Source of the DNA: Desulfosudaceae bacterium | GTDB lineage: Bacteria; Desulfobacterota; Desulfobacteria; Desulfobacterales; Desulfosudaceae | Reading direction: 5' to 3' | DNA: 64,000 bases | NCBI GenBank assembly: GCA_963674745.2 | Contig: CAXXDV010000001.1 | Location: forward strand, 1,472,001-1,536,000 | Part shown: in pieces, positions 20,051 to 31,152 of the stretch | Layout: the number at the start of each line of letters is the position of its first letter | Position numbering within the stretch: position 1 is the first letter of the stretch | The notes under the pieces: model-generated | Databases searched by the model: none | The model's input: the letters and a program-made list of their open reading frames with translations, nothing else | Told to the model about the DNA's origin: nothing | Translations under genes and position numbers: made by a program

Positions 20051-20923
20051 GAGTCTGTAGGAAAAGTCTATTTTCGATAAATTTTATCTTTTTTCAGAAA
20101 AACACCTTCGTAGAATATATTTTATACTAAAACATAAAATCCTTGCAAACCATCTATTTTAGATGGCTTCACAGAGATCATACAAAATCTTATATAACTT
20201 TCAGGTTTTCAAAAATTGGCGGCAAAACCCTATGTTTTACTCAAATTTTACTTTTTCTACAGCCTCAACGAGTCTGTAGGAAAAGTCTATTTTCGATAAA
20301 TTTTATCTTTTTTCAGAAAAACACCTTCGTAGAATATATTTTATACTAAAACATAAAATCCTTGCAAACCATCTATTTTAGATGGCTTCACAGAGATCAT
20401 ACAAAATCTTATATAACTTTCAGGTTTTCAAAAATTGGCGGCAAAACCCTATGTTTTACTCAAATTTTACTTTTTCTACAGCCTCAACGAGTCTGTAGGA
20501 AAAGTCTATTTTCGATAAATTTTATCTTTTTTCAGAAAAACACCTTCGTAGAATATATTTTATACTAAAACATAAAATCCTTGCAAACCATCTATTTTAG
20601 ATGGCTTCACAGAGATCATACAAAATCTTATATAACTTTCAGGTTTTCAAAAATTGGCGGCAAAACCCTATGTTTTACTCAAATTTTACTTTTTCTACAG
20701 CCTCAACGAGTCTGTAGGAAAAGTCTATTTTCGATAAATTTTATCTTTTTTCAGAAAAACACCTTCGTAGAATATATTTTATACTAAAACATAAAATCCT
20801 TGCAAACCATCTATTTTAGATGGCTTCACAGAGATCATACAAAATCTTATATAACTTTCAGGTTTTCAAAAATTGGCGGCAAAACCCTATGTTTTACTCA
20901 AATTTTACTTTTTCTACAGCCTC
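20051..20923. mobile_element. Four head-to-tail copies of the 216-bp element (locus 3; period 219 bp)
   Basis: Copies at 20051, 20270, 20489, 20708, each separated by one AAC. Confidence 0.88.
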
Positions 20924-20965
20924 AACGTCTGAAGCCAGGGGCAGCCAGGGCTACTCCTGACCAGA

Positions 20966-21391
20966 TTATGGTTTTAAATTTTCGACTCCCCTCGGTTGCT
21001 CAACAAAGCCTGCCCTGGCTGTCCCTTTGCGCTTCTTGGTTATAAGGCTGATTATTATGGATAACGTGAATGTAATAACTGTGGCACATAATGCCAAAAA
21101 ACACACAAAGAAAAAATATGAATCCCAAAAAGGAGTTCCCAGAATTGGCAACCAAGTTAAAGCACAGGAATAAAACACAATTAAAGATATCATAAAATAT
21201 TTTGTATAATTTGATTTATGAAGATGCTTTAAACTCCATAATATGCCGAATACAAAGCCGATAATTCCAAAGAAGAAAATTGCCAAAATATAATGGTTTC
21301 CACTTTTCAAAACCGCGGATGACAAACCAGATAATGCGTTTAATTCATAATAAATAAATGGAATATATATTGTTGCCAGAAACCAACGCAT
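20966..21391 (-). CDS. 4-TM cassette membrane protein (stop inside attC)
   Basis: Start adjusted to first ATG inside cassette. Confidence 0.65.
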   Translation of the reverse strand: MRWFLATIYIPFIYYELNALSGLSSAVLKSGNHYILAIFFFGIIGFVFGILWSLKHLHKSNYTKYFMISLIVFYSCALTWLPILGTPFWDSYFFFVCFLALCATVITFTLSIIISLITKKRKGTARAGFVEQPRGVENLKP

Positions 21392-21520
21392 TTCGAAAAG
21401 CCTTATAACGTCCGCCACCACCGGCGCGCAGGGTTTGCGGACTTCGCTAAAGTAAGTTAAACACCAAATTACGCCAAAACAAAGGCCGCCCGCCCCTGCG
21501 AGTCCGGGTGAGTGGCGTTG

Positions 21521-21811
21521 TTATATTCCAGTTTTTATTTTTATGAAAATAATTGCTGCCAGCAGCCCTATCATAGCACCAAAAATTATCGACAAATACC
21601 ATTTTGAAATATTCGTGAATTTTATAATTAGTGCCGGAAAGATCGAAATCAGGATTATTTTGAATAGACCTGAAATTAAATAAGGCCAATCCATAAAACC
21701 GTAATGCTTGAGCATAGTCAAAAAGAAAATGGAAAATAAACAAATTGTGCTTGCAAAATAAGCAAGTAATGCTTGTTTTGAATGAGCTAAAAATTTGCTT
21801 TGATCATCCAT
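21521..21811 (-). CDS. 3-TM cassette membrane protein
   Basis: Start adjusted; stop in R''. Confidence 0.65.
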   Translation of the reverse strand: MDDQSKFLAHSKQALLAYFASTICLFSIFFLTMLKHYGFMDWPYLISGLFKIILISIFPALIIKFTNISKWYLSIIFGAMIGLLAAIIFIKIKTGI

Positions 21812-21957
21812 AAATTTTCTCTTGTGGAATATAACGTCCGCCACCACCGGCGAGCAGGGTTTGCGGACTTCGCTAAAGTAAGTTTAACACCAAATTACAC
21901 CAAAACTAAGGCAGCACGCCCCTGCGAGTCCGGGTGGGTGGCGTTGTTAGGAGGCGT

Positions 21958-22398
21958 CTATCCCGGCGCCTCATATTCCAAATTTTTTAAATGTATAGGT
22001 AATGGTGTCGGTTTTGGCAATTCAATATTACCATATATTGTCTTTAATGGTTTATTGGGGTTGAGAAAGTGAAAAAAGAATACCCAGCGACACCCACTAT
22101 CATCAAGGTGGCGTTCATCGTAAGGGACTTGCCAGTTCTCTTTTGATACCCCTTTTTCTTCTTGTGTTATCGAAGCCCAGTCAGAAGGCTGAAGCGGCTG
22201 TTGTGAGAGAATCTCAATTAGGAACAGATTATCAAAATGTTCCGTAACGTGTCTTTTGGCTTCATCAAGTTCTGCGCCTTCCAACTCTTCTCCCCACTGT
22301 AATATCAAAGTCTTTTGAAAGGTAGCCTCATTTGCTTGGTATTTATGGACACCAATGACCTGAAGAGGCATAGTTTTGGGCTTTTTCTTGAAGAGCAT
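21958..22398 (-). CDS. Cassette hypothetical protein
   Basis: Start adjusted; WQVPYDE...FFFHFL...L.T.YG motif. Confidence 0.7.
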   Translation of the reverse strand: MLFKKKPKTMPLQVIGVHKYQANEATFQKTLILQWGEELEGAELDEAKRHVTEHFDNLFLIEILSQQPLQPSDWASITQEEKGVSKENWQVPYDERHLDDSGCRWVFFFHFLNPNKPLKTIYGNIELPKPTPLPIHLKNLEYEAPG

Positions 22399-22531
22399 TA
22401 CTTCGTAAAGCCTCCTAACGTCCGCCACCACCGGCGAGCAGGGCTTGCGGACTTCGCTAAAGTAAAGTTCAACTCCAAATAACGCCAAAGCCAAAACAGC
22501 CCGCCCCTGCGAGTCTGTGTGAGTGGCGTTG

Positions 22532-23008
22532 TTATATTTTGCCTGTATTAATTTTATCTATAGCACGATCAAATTTGACCACCAATTCATTTAAAGTATC
22601 AACTGGACTCTTAGTAAAGGCTTTATCAGTAGGGTATAATGGCGCTACCCATTCGCATTCTTTGCAATTTTCGGCTATTGCAATCATTATGGTCAAAGAC
22701 CCTTTCCAAGATTCAATTATTTCATGCGGGTCACAGTTTGGAAAAACTTGCATCAATTTTTCCATCATTTTCTTTGTTGGGCTTTGAAGCAAATTTATCA
22801 CTTCAAGAGAATATTTAATCACATCTTTCGAGGCAGACGTCCTTGGCATTCCGACACAAATCGAAAAGCGCCAAAACCATTCCGCACATTCTTCTGAAAT
22901 ATCCGTGAAATATTCAGAATAGCTCAACAGGTCAAGTGAAGATGCATATTCGGGAAGAACGTGCATTTCAAATATGATTAATCTTGGATATTCTTTATAT
23001 TGCCACAT
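22532..23008 (-). CDS. Cassette hypothetical protein MWQYKEYP (copy 1 of 4)
   Basis: Identical translations at 27855, 56182, 58190. Confidence 0.75.
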   Translation of the reverse strand: MWQYKEYPRLIIFEMHVLPEYASSLDLLSYSEYFTDISEECAEWFWRFSICVGMPRTSASKDVIKYSLEVINLLQSPTKKMMEKLMQVFPNCDPHEIIESWKGSLTIMIAIAENCKECEWVAPLYPTDKAFTKSPVDTLNELVVKFDRAIDKINTGKI

Positions 23009-23137
23009 ATCTTATAAAATATAACGTCCGCCACCACCGGCGAGCAGGGGATGCGGACTTCTTAAATGTTCGTTTAACACCACACTATGCTAAAACCCAA
23101 AACCGACCGCCCCTGCGAGTCCGGGTGAGTGGCGTTG

Positions 23138-23518
23138 TTATATGCCATTATTCTTTCTACTTATTAGTTCATATGTAGAATATTTAAATCTAATATATAT
23201 GGTAGCAAAACCAAATAAACCCAAAAGAGAAATTGATACGTATTTATATAAATTATAATTGATCCCAAAGCTTGTCAGATCGGAAATAACTCCCAAAATA
23301 ATCCATATAAAAGCAAGAACAAAAAGTGATAACATGAAAATGGCTCTTCTTCTGGCATTTATATTTGGAATTAAAATAGAATTGCATAATGGACATTCAA
23401 TTTCAGATAAATAAAAAAAATTACGACGGTTTTTTCTTTGCTTCATCGCTTCGGAGTTCAGATCGAATTCTCCACTACAATCTGGACATTGAATGTTTAG
23501 TAATCTTTTTTTGAACAT
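23138..23518 (-). CDS. Zn-ribbon plus 2-TM cassette protein (copy 1 of 2)
   Basis: CPDC...CPLC motifs. Confidence 0.7.
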   Translation of the reverse strand: MFKKRLLNIQCPDCSGEFDLNSEAMKQRKNRRNFFYLSEIECPLCNSILIPNINARRRAIFMLSLFVLAFIWIILGVISDLTSFGINYNLYKYVSISLLGLFGFATIYIRFKYSTYELISRKNNGI

Positions 23519-23681
23519 GTGAAATTATTTTTGTGCATTTAAGTTCAAAGCATATAACGGCGGCCGCCAATGGGAGCCAGGGCTTCCACTGACCTGCCTT
23601 AAAGATGGTTTATGTTCAATTCCCCCGAAATTTCAAAAACCGAATGCCCTGGCTCTCCTTTGAGCGGCCTTGTTATATGAA

Positions 23682-24002
23682 TTACGCCACTATTGAAAAC
23701 AACAAACCAATTACTATAATCAAAAGTCCATATTCTTTTGCCCGAACTCTTGTCATAAATTTTATCTTTGATTCATCCAACTTGTTTCTGAGTATTATTG
23801 AGATAAATCCAAAAATGATCCAAAAAGGTCCAATATACCCAAAGCTTCCAGAGTGAGGGATTGTATTTACAGTGATATAGGACGCAAGAATGAGAATAAA
23901 CAACCCCAAAACTATAAAAAATTTATTATTTTTCCATAGCCCCAAACCCCAGAATAAGAATGAAAACAAAAACGGTATTGATAAATGATTAATATAGTTC
24001 AT
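23682..24002 (-). CDS. Cassette membrane protein
   Basis: Fills cassette. Confidence 0.65.
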   Translation of the reverse strand: MNYINHLSIPFLFSFLFWGLGLWKNNKFFIVLGLFILILASYITVNTIPHSGSFGYIGPFWIIFGFISIILRNKLDESKIKFMTRVRAKEYGLLIIVIGLLFSIVA

Positions 24003-24134
24003 TCAATGATAATTCATATAACGTCCGCCACCACCGGCGAGCAGGGGATGCGGACTTCTTAAATGTTCGTTTAACACCACACTATGCTAAAACCCAAAAC
24101 CGACCGCCCCTGCGAGTCCGGGTGAGTGGCGTTG

Positions 24135-24515
24135 TTATATGCCATTATTCTTTCTACTTATTAGTTCATATGTAGAATATTTAAATCTAATATATATGGT
24201 AGCAAAACCAAATAAACCCAAAAGAGAAATTGATACGTATTTATATAAATTATAATTGATCCCAAAGCTTGTCAGATCGGAAATAACTCCCAAAATAATC
24301 CATATAAAAGCAAGAACAAAAAGTGATAACATGAAAATGGCTCTTCTTCTGGCATTTATATTTGGAATTAAAATAGAATTGCATAATGGACATTCAATTT
24401 CAGATAAATAAAAAAAATTACGACGGTTTTTTCTTTGCTTCATCGCTTCGGAGTTCAGATCGAATTCTCCACTACAATCTGGACATTGAATGTTTAGTAA
24501 TCTTTTTTTGAACAT
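24135..24515 (-). CDS. Zn-ribbon plus 2-TM cassette protein (copy 2)
   Basis: Identical to 23138-23518. Confidence 0.7.
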   Translation of the reverse strand: MFKKRLLNIQCPDCSGEFDLNSEAMKQRKNRRNFFYLSEIECPLCNSILIPNINARRRAIFMLSLFVLAFIWIILGVISDLTSFGINYNLYKYVSISLLGLFGFATIYIRFKYSTYELISRKNNGI

Positions 24516-24666
24516 GTGAAATTATTTTTGTGCATTTAAGTTCAAAGCATATAACGTCCGCCACCACCGGCGAGCAGGGTTTTCGGACTTCTTAAAGGTT
24601 AGTTCAACACCACATTATGTTTAAACCAAGGCAGCCCGCCCCTGCGAGTCTGTGTGAGTGGCGTTG

Positions 24667-25047
24667 TTATGCAACTTGTATTATTGTTTTTCTAATTCCT
24701 GTTTTTGGGTCCCAGAAAACATAAAAGGACGTATCATCATGAAAATAGCCCGTGTTAACTGGAAGGTCAATTTGCCCGACAAAGACCATTGGCTGTCCTT
24801 TGGCGAATTGCCAATCGGAACCTTGAATCCAATTTGGTGGGGACGATATTGAAATGAACTGTTCCTTCATGACTTTCCGCAATGATGTGGCGATATCTTC
24901 GTCTCCTTCACGTGCAGAACTTATCAATTTCAAGAAAAACTCCTCCGATTCAGATGAAGTAAGTGGATCGATATTGTATTCACTGCATATCGGTAAAATT
25001 TCATCTAAATCATTACTTGAAATTTTGCTTTCGAAGGTATCTTCCAC
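24667..25047 (-). CDS. Cassette protein, C-terminus resembling YwqG/DUF1963
   Basis: PPNWIQ...MVFVGQID...FYVFWD...IIQ. Confidence 0.6.
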   Translation of the reverse strand: MEDTFESKISSNDLDEILPICSEYNIDPLTSSESEEFFLKLISSAREGDEDIATSLRKVMKEQFISISSPPNWIQGSDWQFAKGQPMVFVGQIDLPVNTGYFHDDTSFYVFWDPKTGIRKTIIQVA

Positions 25048-25184
25048 ATTTTCTCCGTTGCATAACGTCCGCCACCACCGGCGAGCAGGGTTTGCGGACT
25101 TTGCTAAAGTGAGTTTAACACCAAACTATGCCAGGACAAAAGCAGCCCGCCCCTGCGAGTCCGGGTGAGTGGCATTGTTATCTT

Positions 25185-25673
25185 TCAGTTTTTTAATATT
25201 TTTGATTCTATTAATTCATTTTTTAAAATCATAAAAATTCCTGCTACTACCGTAAAACCATGTGCAAATAAATTACTCCAATAGAAACCTCCTCCCGAGC
25301 GAATTGGTAAAAGGAATAAATCTCTGATTAAGGAGGACGTTCCACTTGTGAAAAAGTATATGCCTAAAAGAATAAGCCAAAAGGATAGATTAGAGTAATT
25401 GGGGTCGCTTTCATCTGTCTTGGGTGTTACTTTAGAATCTCCGGAAATAAAATTTGATATTTTTTCGGCCTTCGAAATTAAGAGGATTGCAACAATAATA
25501 TAAAATATCGGGAGAAAAGAAGCCCAAATATTATATAGCACAGGATTCTTGATAAACTTTTCCTGATTGATAGCAAATGAAGAGATTAATCCAGAAAATG
25601 CATATGGTATTTGAACTAAAAGATAAAGGCCGTAAATACGTGTTGCAATTTCAATGGCTTTTTTTGTGCTCAT
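25185..25673 (-). CDS. 4-TM cassette membrane protein (similar architecture to 37079)
   Basis: Start adjusted; RIYGLY...ILLGIYFF. Confidence 0.7.
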   Translation of the reverse strand: MSTKKAIEIATRIYGLYLLVQIPYAFSGLISSFAINQEKFIKNPVLYNIWASFLPIFYIIVAILLISKAEKISNFISGDSKVTPKTDESDPNYSNLSFWLILLGIYFFTSGTSSLIRDLFLLPIRSGGGFYWSNLFAHGFTVVAGIFMILKNELIESKILKN

Positions 25674-25848
25674 AGAGTTCCTTGAAGAAAGATAACGGTT
25701 GCAGCCAAAGGGCGCCAGGGCTTCTTCTGACTGTCTTAAAAATGGTTTATGTTCAAGTTCCATCGAAAATTCAAAACCCGTGTGCCCTGGCGGTCCTTTT
25801 GGGCTGCATGGTTATACGAATAATTATAGATTGGTTCTATGACTTTCA

Positions 25849-26118
25849 TTATTTAAATAAGCCAGATAATCTTGTAATCAAAGAAAGGCTTACAAGTATC
25901 AACAATACTACTCCCCATGTTCTAAACCAAAATGTATTTTCCCCGATAAAATATTTTTTGTTTTCTTCTGATTTCCCAAGTGCTGCACTCTTTTCCATGC
26001 GCCAATAAATGTTTCCAATTAACTTGATAAACTTGATCAATGATTTAGGTTTAAATATCAGATAAAGGCTTATAATTAACACGATCGTATCATTGATAAT
26101 AATAAATATATCTATCAT
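25849..26118 (-). CDS. Small cassette membrane protein
   Basis: Fills cassette. Confidence 0.6.
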   Translation of the reverse strand: MIDIFIIINDTIVLIISLYLIFKPKSLIKFIKLIGNIYWRMEKSAALGKSEENKKYFIGENTFWFRTWGVVLLILVSLSLITRLSGLFK

Positions 26119-26266
26119 AAAGGTTTCTTTTTCTCTTTCTTGTTCAACGTATAACGTCTACCGTCACTTGGGAGCAGGGGAAAAGTGACTTTTGCAAAGC
26201 CACGTAAACACCGAACCACGATACTGTAAAAGCAGCACGCCCCTGCGAGTCAAGTGCATGGTATTG

Positions 26267-26767
26267 TTAGCCTTTACTATTTATATTATTAACGAAAATT
26301 CCAAATATTTTTGTTTCAGTTCCTATGAGATCTGGGATTGATGAGTAATTCATTTCTTTTGTCCCATTACTCTTTGTACAGTACTTTTCATTTAACATGA
26401 AAGATATAACCTTTGGCAAAGAATCTACATGTACAACTCTTTGATAAAAACTGATTGGGTCAGAAATTGTAAAATTCATATCAGCTCGAAATGGTTTTGC
26501 TCTCGGAGGGCACCCAAGAAAATTTATTTGAACGATGATTTGTCCGCTTGGATATCTGACGACCTGATCGGCATTACCTAGCTTAAAATGATATCCTTGG
26601 GTCTTTATTGGGCCTTTTATTATTTTTCCAAAACGAGTAACAATAATTTGCTCACCTGGTTTAATTACGTACACAGATTCATATGCAAATTGGGCCGCCA
26701 AACCAATAATTGCCAATATAATTATTGGGGCTTTTACTTTTTGTGTATATTTGTCCGGTAGCTGCAT
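26267..26767 (-). CDS. SPFH/HflC-like protein (cassette)
   Basis: SVYVIKPGEQIIVTRFGK...GYHFK...ISDPISFY. Confidence 0.7.
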   Translation of the reverse strand: MQLPDKYTQKVKAPIIILAIIGLAAQFAYESVYVIKPGEQIIVTRFGKIIKGPIKTQGYHFKLGNADQVVRYPSGQIIVQINFLGCPPRAKPFRADMNFTISDPISFYQRVVHVDSLPKVISFMLNEKYCTKSNGTKEMNYSSIPDLIGTETKIFGIFVNNINSKG

Positions 26768-26914
26768 TTTTATGTAAGGCTAACGTCGGCCGCCAATGGG
26801 AGCCAGGGCTTCCACTGTCTTGCCTTAAAAGTGATTAAAGTTCGTTTTCCTCCAAATGTTCAAAAACCGAATGCCCTGGCTCTCCTTTGGGCGGCCTTGT
26901 TCGCTGCAATATTT

Positions 26915-27319
26915 TTATTGATTGTTATTTAGTTTTTCAAGAGCTTCTGATACACGGGAATATCTTGGAATATTCATAGATTCCACAAGATTCTTCAGCT
27001 CTTCATTATTATCTGAGTATTCCCAATAATTTGAATTAAAACGTTTAAGTATTGTTTCGGCTGTTTTATAATCTCCGCTTTCTATTAATTTTTCGACATG
27101 CGACGTAACAGAAGTCACTAATTCTCGATGAAAATATCTCTCGCTTGCTTCCAGCTTCTCATTTACTTGATTAGTCCAGAAAATACATGTGATTGCAAGT
27201 ATGGTGAAAGCAAAATAACGACAAAATTTAGCCCATTTCTTAAACTTAATTATATCCGAAACTATAAAGAGGATAAACGCTATTAAAAATGGGAATGGAG
27301 ACGATATAAATTCTTGCAT
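26915..27319 (-). CDS. Cassette membrane protein
   Basis: Fills cassette. Confidence 0.7.
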   Translation of the reverse strand: MQEFISSPFPFLIAFILFIVSDIIKFKKWAKFCRYFAFTILAITCIFWTNQVNEKLEASERYFHRELVTSVTSHVEKLIESGDYKTAETILKRFNSNYWEYSDNNEELKNLVESMNIPRYSRVSEALEKLNNNQ

Positions 27320-27448
27320 AGCTTATTCCAGCGAACGTCTGCAGCCAAAGTAGCCAGGGCTTCCAGTGACTGCCTTTAAGATGGTTGATGTTCAATTTCC
27401 CCCGAAAGTGCAAAAGCCGAATGCCCTGGCTATCATTTGGGCTGCTTG

Positions 27449-27742
27449 GTTAAGTGCCCGCATTATTGAGAAAGACTTTAACGACAGCATGGGCAAATAA
27501 AATAAAATGATATTTTTCTTTTTACGCCTTGTCCATCATGAACTTATGAAATCGGGTAGGTCTCTTTTCATCCGGACAAATAAAGGCGCATTATCATTTG
27601 GCCGCGCCAGTTCGAAATTACAATTTATCTTTACTGGCCGAAAAATTCAACTTGGTGACAATTACCATTTTGGCAATGAATGTCGTTTTCAGCCAAAATT
27701 CTTTTTTTTATTTTTTTCCCGTACAGATTCAGTGCACTTAAC
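27449..27742 (-). repeat. Gene-less cassette family A, copy 5
   Basis: Same body. Confidence 0.85.
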
Positions 27743-27854
27743 GTCCGCCACCACCGGCGAGCAGGGCTTGCGGACTTCGCTAAAGTAAAGTTCAACTCCA
27801 AATAACGCCAAAGCCAAAACAGCCCGCCCCTGCGAGTCTGTGTGAGTGGCGTTG

Positions 27855-28331
27855 TTATATTTTGCCTGTATTAATTTTATCTATAGCACGATCAAATTTG
27901 ACCACCAATTCATTTAAAGTATCAACTGGACTCTTAGTAAAGGCTTTATCAGTAGGGTATAATGGCGCTACCCATTCGCATTCTTTGCAATTTTCGGCTA
28001 TTGCAATCATTATGGTCAAAGACCCTTTCCAAGATTCAATTATTTCATGCGGGTCACAGTTTGGAAAAACTTGCATCAATTTTTCCATCATTTTCTTTGT
28101 TGGGCTTTGAAGCAAATTTATCACTTCAAGAGAATATTTAATCACATCTTTCGAGGCAGACGTCCTTGGCATTCCGACACAAATCGAAAAGCGCCAAAAC
28201 CATTCCGCACATTCTTCTGAAATATCCGTGAAATATTCAGAATAGCTCAACAGGTCAAGTGAAGATGCATATTCGGGAAGAACGTGCATTTCAAATATGA
28301 TTAATCTTGGATATTCTTTATATTGCCACAT
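27855..28331 (-). CDS. MWQYKEYP protein (copy 2)
   Basis: Identical repeat. Confidence 0.75.
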   Translation of the reverse strand: MWQYKEYPRLIIFEMHVLPEYASSLDLLSYSEYFTDISEECAEWFWRFSICVGMPRTSASKDVIKYSLEVINLLQSPTKKMMEKLMQVFPNCDPHEIIESWKGSLTIMIAIAENCKECEWVAPLYPTDKAFTKSPVDTLNELVVKFDRAIDKINTGKI

Positions 28332-28460
28332 ATCTTATAAAATATAACGTCTGCAGCCAAAGTAGCCAGGGCTTCCAGTGACTGACTTTAAGGTGGTTGA
28401 TGTTCAATTTCCCCCGAATGTTCAAAAGCCGAATGCCCTGGCTATCATTTGGGCTGCTTG

Positions 28461-29154
28461 GTTAAGTGCCCGCATTATTGAGAAAGACTTTAACGACAGC
28501 ATGGGCAAATAAATTAAAATGATATTTTTCTTTTTACGCCTTGTCCATCATGAACTTATGAAAACGGGTAGGTCTCTTTTCATCCGGACAAATAAAGGCG
28601 CAAAATCAAACAGTCCCGCCAGATCAAAATACAGCTTATCTTTACTGATTGAAAATATCAATCTGGTGACAATTTCCATAGTGGCAACGAAGATCATTTT
28701 TCGTCAAAATTCTTTTTTTATTTTTTCCCGTACAGATTAAGTGCACTTAACGTCTGCAGCCAAAGTAGCCAGGGCTTCCAGTGACTGACTTTAAGGTGGT
28801 TGATGTTCAATTTCCCCCGAATGTTCAAAAGCCGAATGCCCTGGCTATCATTTGGGCTGCTTGGTTAAGTGCCCGCATTATTCAGAAAGACTTAAACGAC
28901 AGCATGGGCAAATAAAATAAAATGATATTTTTCTTTTTACGCCTTGTCCATCATGAACTTATGAAAACGGGTAGGTCTCTTTTCATCCGGACAAATAAAG
29001 GCTCAAAATCAAACAGTCCCGCCAGATCAAAATACAGCTTATCTTTACTGATTGAAAATATCAATCTGGTGACAATTTCCATAGTGGCAACGAAGATCAT
29101 TTTTCGTCAAAATTCTTTTTTTATTTTTTCCCGTACAGATTAAGTGCACTTAAC
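28461..29154 (-). repeat. Gene-less cassette family A, copies 6-7 (28461-28751, 28864-29154)
   Basis: Subtype b bodies in tandem. Confidence 0.85.
28519..28661 (-). promoter_or_regulatory. Two candidate sigma70 promoters in a family A cassette (example copy)
   Basis: TTGATA-N17-TAAGCT (28661-28633) and TGGACA-N17-TATCAT (28547-28519), both in array direction. Confidence 0.6.
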
Positions 29155-29277
29155 GTCTGAAGCCAATGGCAGCCAGGGCTTCCACCAGCTTAGTTAAAGA
29201 TTTTGGTTATTCAATTCCCCCGACTTTTCAAAACCCGAGTGCCCTGGCTGTCCACTTGAGCTTCTTGGTTATGTTTC

Positions 29278-29658
29278 TTAATATTTTGATTTAATTGGAA
29301 ATTTAAAAGAAACTGTATTCGTATAATTTGCAAATTCTTCTTTATTTGCAATATATTTTTTAATATCATTTTTAGTTTTGAAAACTATAATATCGTTTTC
29401 ATGCTGAAAAGAATAATCAGCGGTAAGGTCATGAACACTTATAAGAAAGCACTGCTTATCCATATTCATTTTAGTCAGCAGTTCCTCGCCTAATGATTTC
29501 TTCTTAAATGCAATATAAGATCCACCGGTGCTGGTTTTCATTTTTACAAGGATAAGAGGCAAATCATGGCCTTTATCATTTTTGAGTCCATGACTGCATA
29601 CAAAAAACAATTCATTTCTTTTTTTAACAAAATTTTGAAAGATATCTTTTATCATCAT
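29278..29658 (-). CDS. Cassette hypothetical protein
   Basis: Fills cassette. Confidence 0.65.
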   Translation of the reverse strand: MMIKDIFQNFVKKRNELFFVCSHGLKNDKGHDLPLILVKMKTSTGGSYIAFKKKSLGEELLTKMNMDKQCFLISVHDLTADYSFQHENDIIVFKTKNDIKKYIANKEEFANYTNTVSFKFPIKSKY

Positions 29659-29782
29659 GAAACATAACGTCTCAAGCCAATGGCAGCCAGGGCTTCCACT
29701 GTCTTGGTTTATGATTTGGGTTGTTCAGTTCCCCCAATATTTCAAAACCCGAGTGCCCTGGCTGTCCACTTGAGCTTGATTG

Positions 29783-30802
29783 TTAGGCCTTCGAAGTTTT
29801 ATTAATTAAGATCAAAGTATTACACTTAGGGCATTTTTCCGGAATAAACCGTCTTAACAAAAATGATTTATTACAATTAGGACATTTTAATAAAGAAAAT
29901 CGAGCGATTAACCATAGTATTGGTAAAAGTAAAAATATAATACCAGCCATTACAGTGCCTATTGTGCTTGTTGGAGAAACAATCTTGCGCCCAAATAATA
30001 TAAATCCAAAAAATATTGCCACAAATAAAGCTGTTAGTAATTTATACAATGAGTATTTTTTTTTGAACTCTTTCAAAGCATTCACACTATCGGTTATTTT
30101 TGTTGATGCTACATTTTTCTTTTCAGTCACATTGATACTTTTAGGTTTTTCAGTGTCAGATAAACGAATAACCATTTTATGATGTTCGTGATACTTTAGA
30201 AATTTTTTAAGTGGGGTCAGCTCTTTAATTGGGTCTAAAAGATAAGGTCTTTGGCCAAAGTTGTCTTGATAGTCTGTTGTTTCACCCATCAGAACATGCT
30301 TTTTAAATAGGTTGATTTCCTCTGCAGTGATTACAAACGGCTCAAAAGGTCTTATTCTCATAATGTTGTCTAAAAGGCCCTGATGAGTAGAATTGCATTC
30401 TTCACAATGAATTTCCCAATATTTAGCGGAAATAAAATTATCATCTTTAAATACAAAACTCGTTGTAGCGTATTTTGTTTCATCCTCATTATTTATTTCT
30501 GGTGGGAATTCCGCTGCATGGTCGCAAAATTTATATATCCTGTGCCCCTGATGTTTAACCAAAAAAGCTTGGAATGCTTCAACTTCAAAGGTTAACATTT
30601 TAAAAGCTTCTAATCCTATATAAATAAATCCAAAATTCTTTTCCCAAGGACTTGTAGAATCTTTATCCCATTTTGAAGGGCAGGCCTCTTCATCTGTAGA
30701 TATGCTAGGATAGCCGATAAATCCAAAGTCCCCGACCTCAGGGCCTTCTTCAAGGCAGTCTAAACAAATTGCTCCAAAAAGTACCCCCATCATATCCTCC
30801 AA
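29783..30802 (-). CDS. Cassette protein with several CxxC pairs and C-terminal TM plus Zn ribbon
   Basis: CLDC, CEEC, CPNC, CPKC; largest cassette ORF. Confidence 0.75.
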   Translation of the reverse strand: MEDMMGVLFGAICLDCLEEGPEVGDFGFIGYPSISTDEEACPSKWDKDSTSPWEKNFGFIYIGLEAFKMLTFEVEAFQAFLVKHQGHRIYKFCDHAAEFPPEINNEDETKYATTSFVFKDDNFISAKYWEIHCEECNSTHQGLLDNIMRIRPFEPFVITAEEINLFKKHVLMGETTDYQDNFGQRPYLLDPIKELTPLKKFLKYHEHHKMVIRLSDTEKPKSINVTEKKNVASTKITDSVNALKEFKKKYSLYKLLTALFVAIFFGFILFGRKIVSPTSTIGTVMAGIIFLLLPILWLIARFSLLKCPNCNKSFLLRRFIPEKCPKCNTLILINKTSKA

Positions 30803-30818
30803 TATGTTTTTGCCTAAC

Positions 30819-31034
30819 GAGTCTGTAGGAAAAGTCTATTTTCGATAAATTTTATCTTTTTTCAGAAAAACACCTTCGTAGAATATATTTTATACTAAAA
30901 CATAAAATCCTTGCAAACCATCTATTTTAGATGGCTTCACAGAGATCATACAAAATCTTATATAACTTTCAGGTTTTCAAAAATTGGCGGCAAAACCCTA
31001 TGTTTTACTCAAATTTTACTTTTTCTACAGCCTC
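30819..31034. mobile_element. 216-bp attC-targeting MITE-like element, locus 4
   Basis: AAC[...]AAC at attC crossover. Confidence 0.88.
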
Positions 31035-31152
31035 AACGGCGGCCGCCAGTGGGCGCCAGGGCTTCCACTGACTTGCCTTAAAGATATTTAATATTCAATT
31101 TCCCTCGACTTTTCAAAAGCCGAGTGCCCTGGCGATCCATTGCGCGGCCTTG

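Noticed and set aside
20143..21045. Repeated 68-aa ORF MQTIYFRW...
   Set aside because: TTG-start frame running across MITE junctions; its C-terminus changes with flanking DNA
22399..22494. ORF-track N-terminal extensions such as MVADV..., MAAAV..., MALALFG...
   Set aside because: They start inside the upstream cassette's attC; starts were moved to the first ATG inside the cassette
28519..28740. Plus-strand ORF MIFFFLRLVHHELMK... in family A cassettes
   Set aside because: Frameshifted or lacking a start in subtype a copies and no RBS; not fully excluded for subtype b
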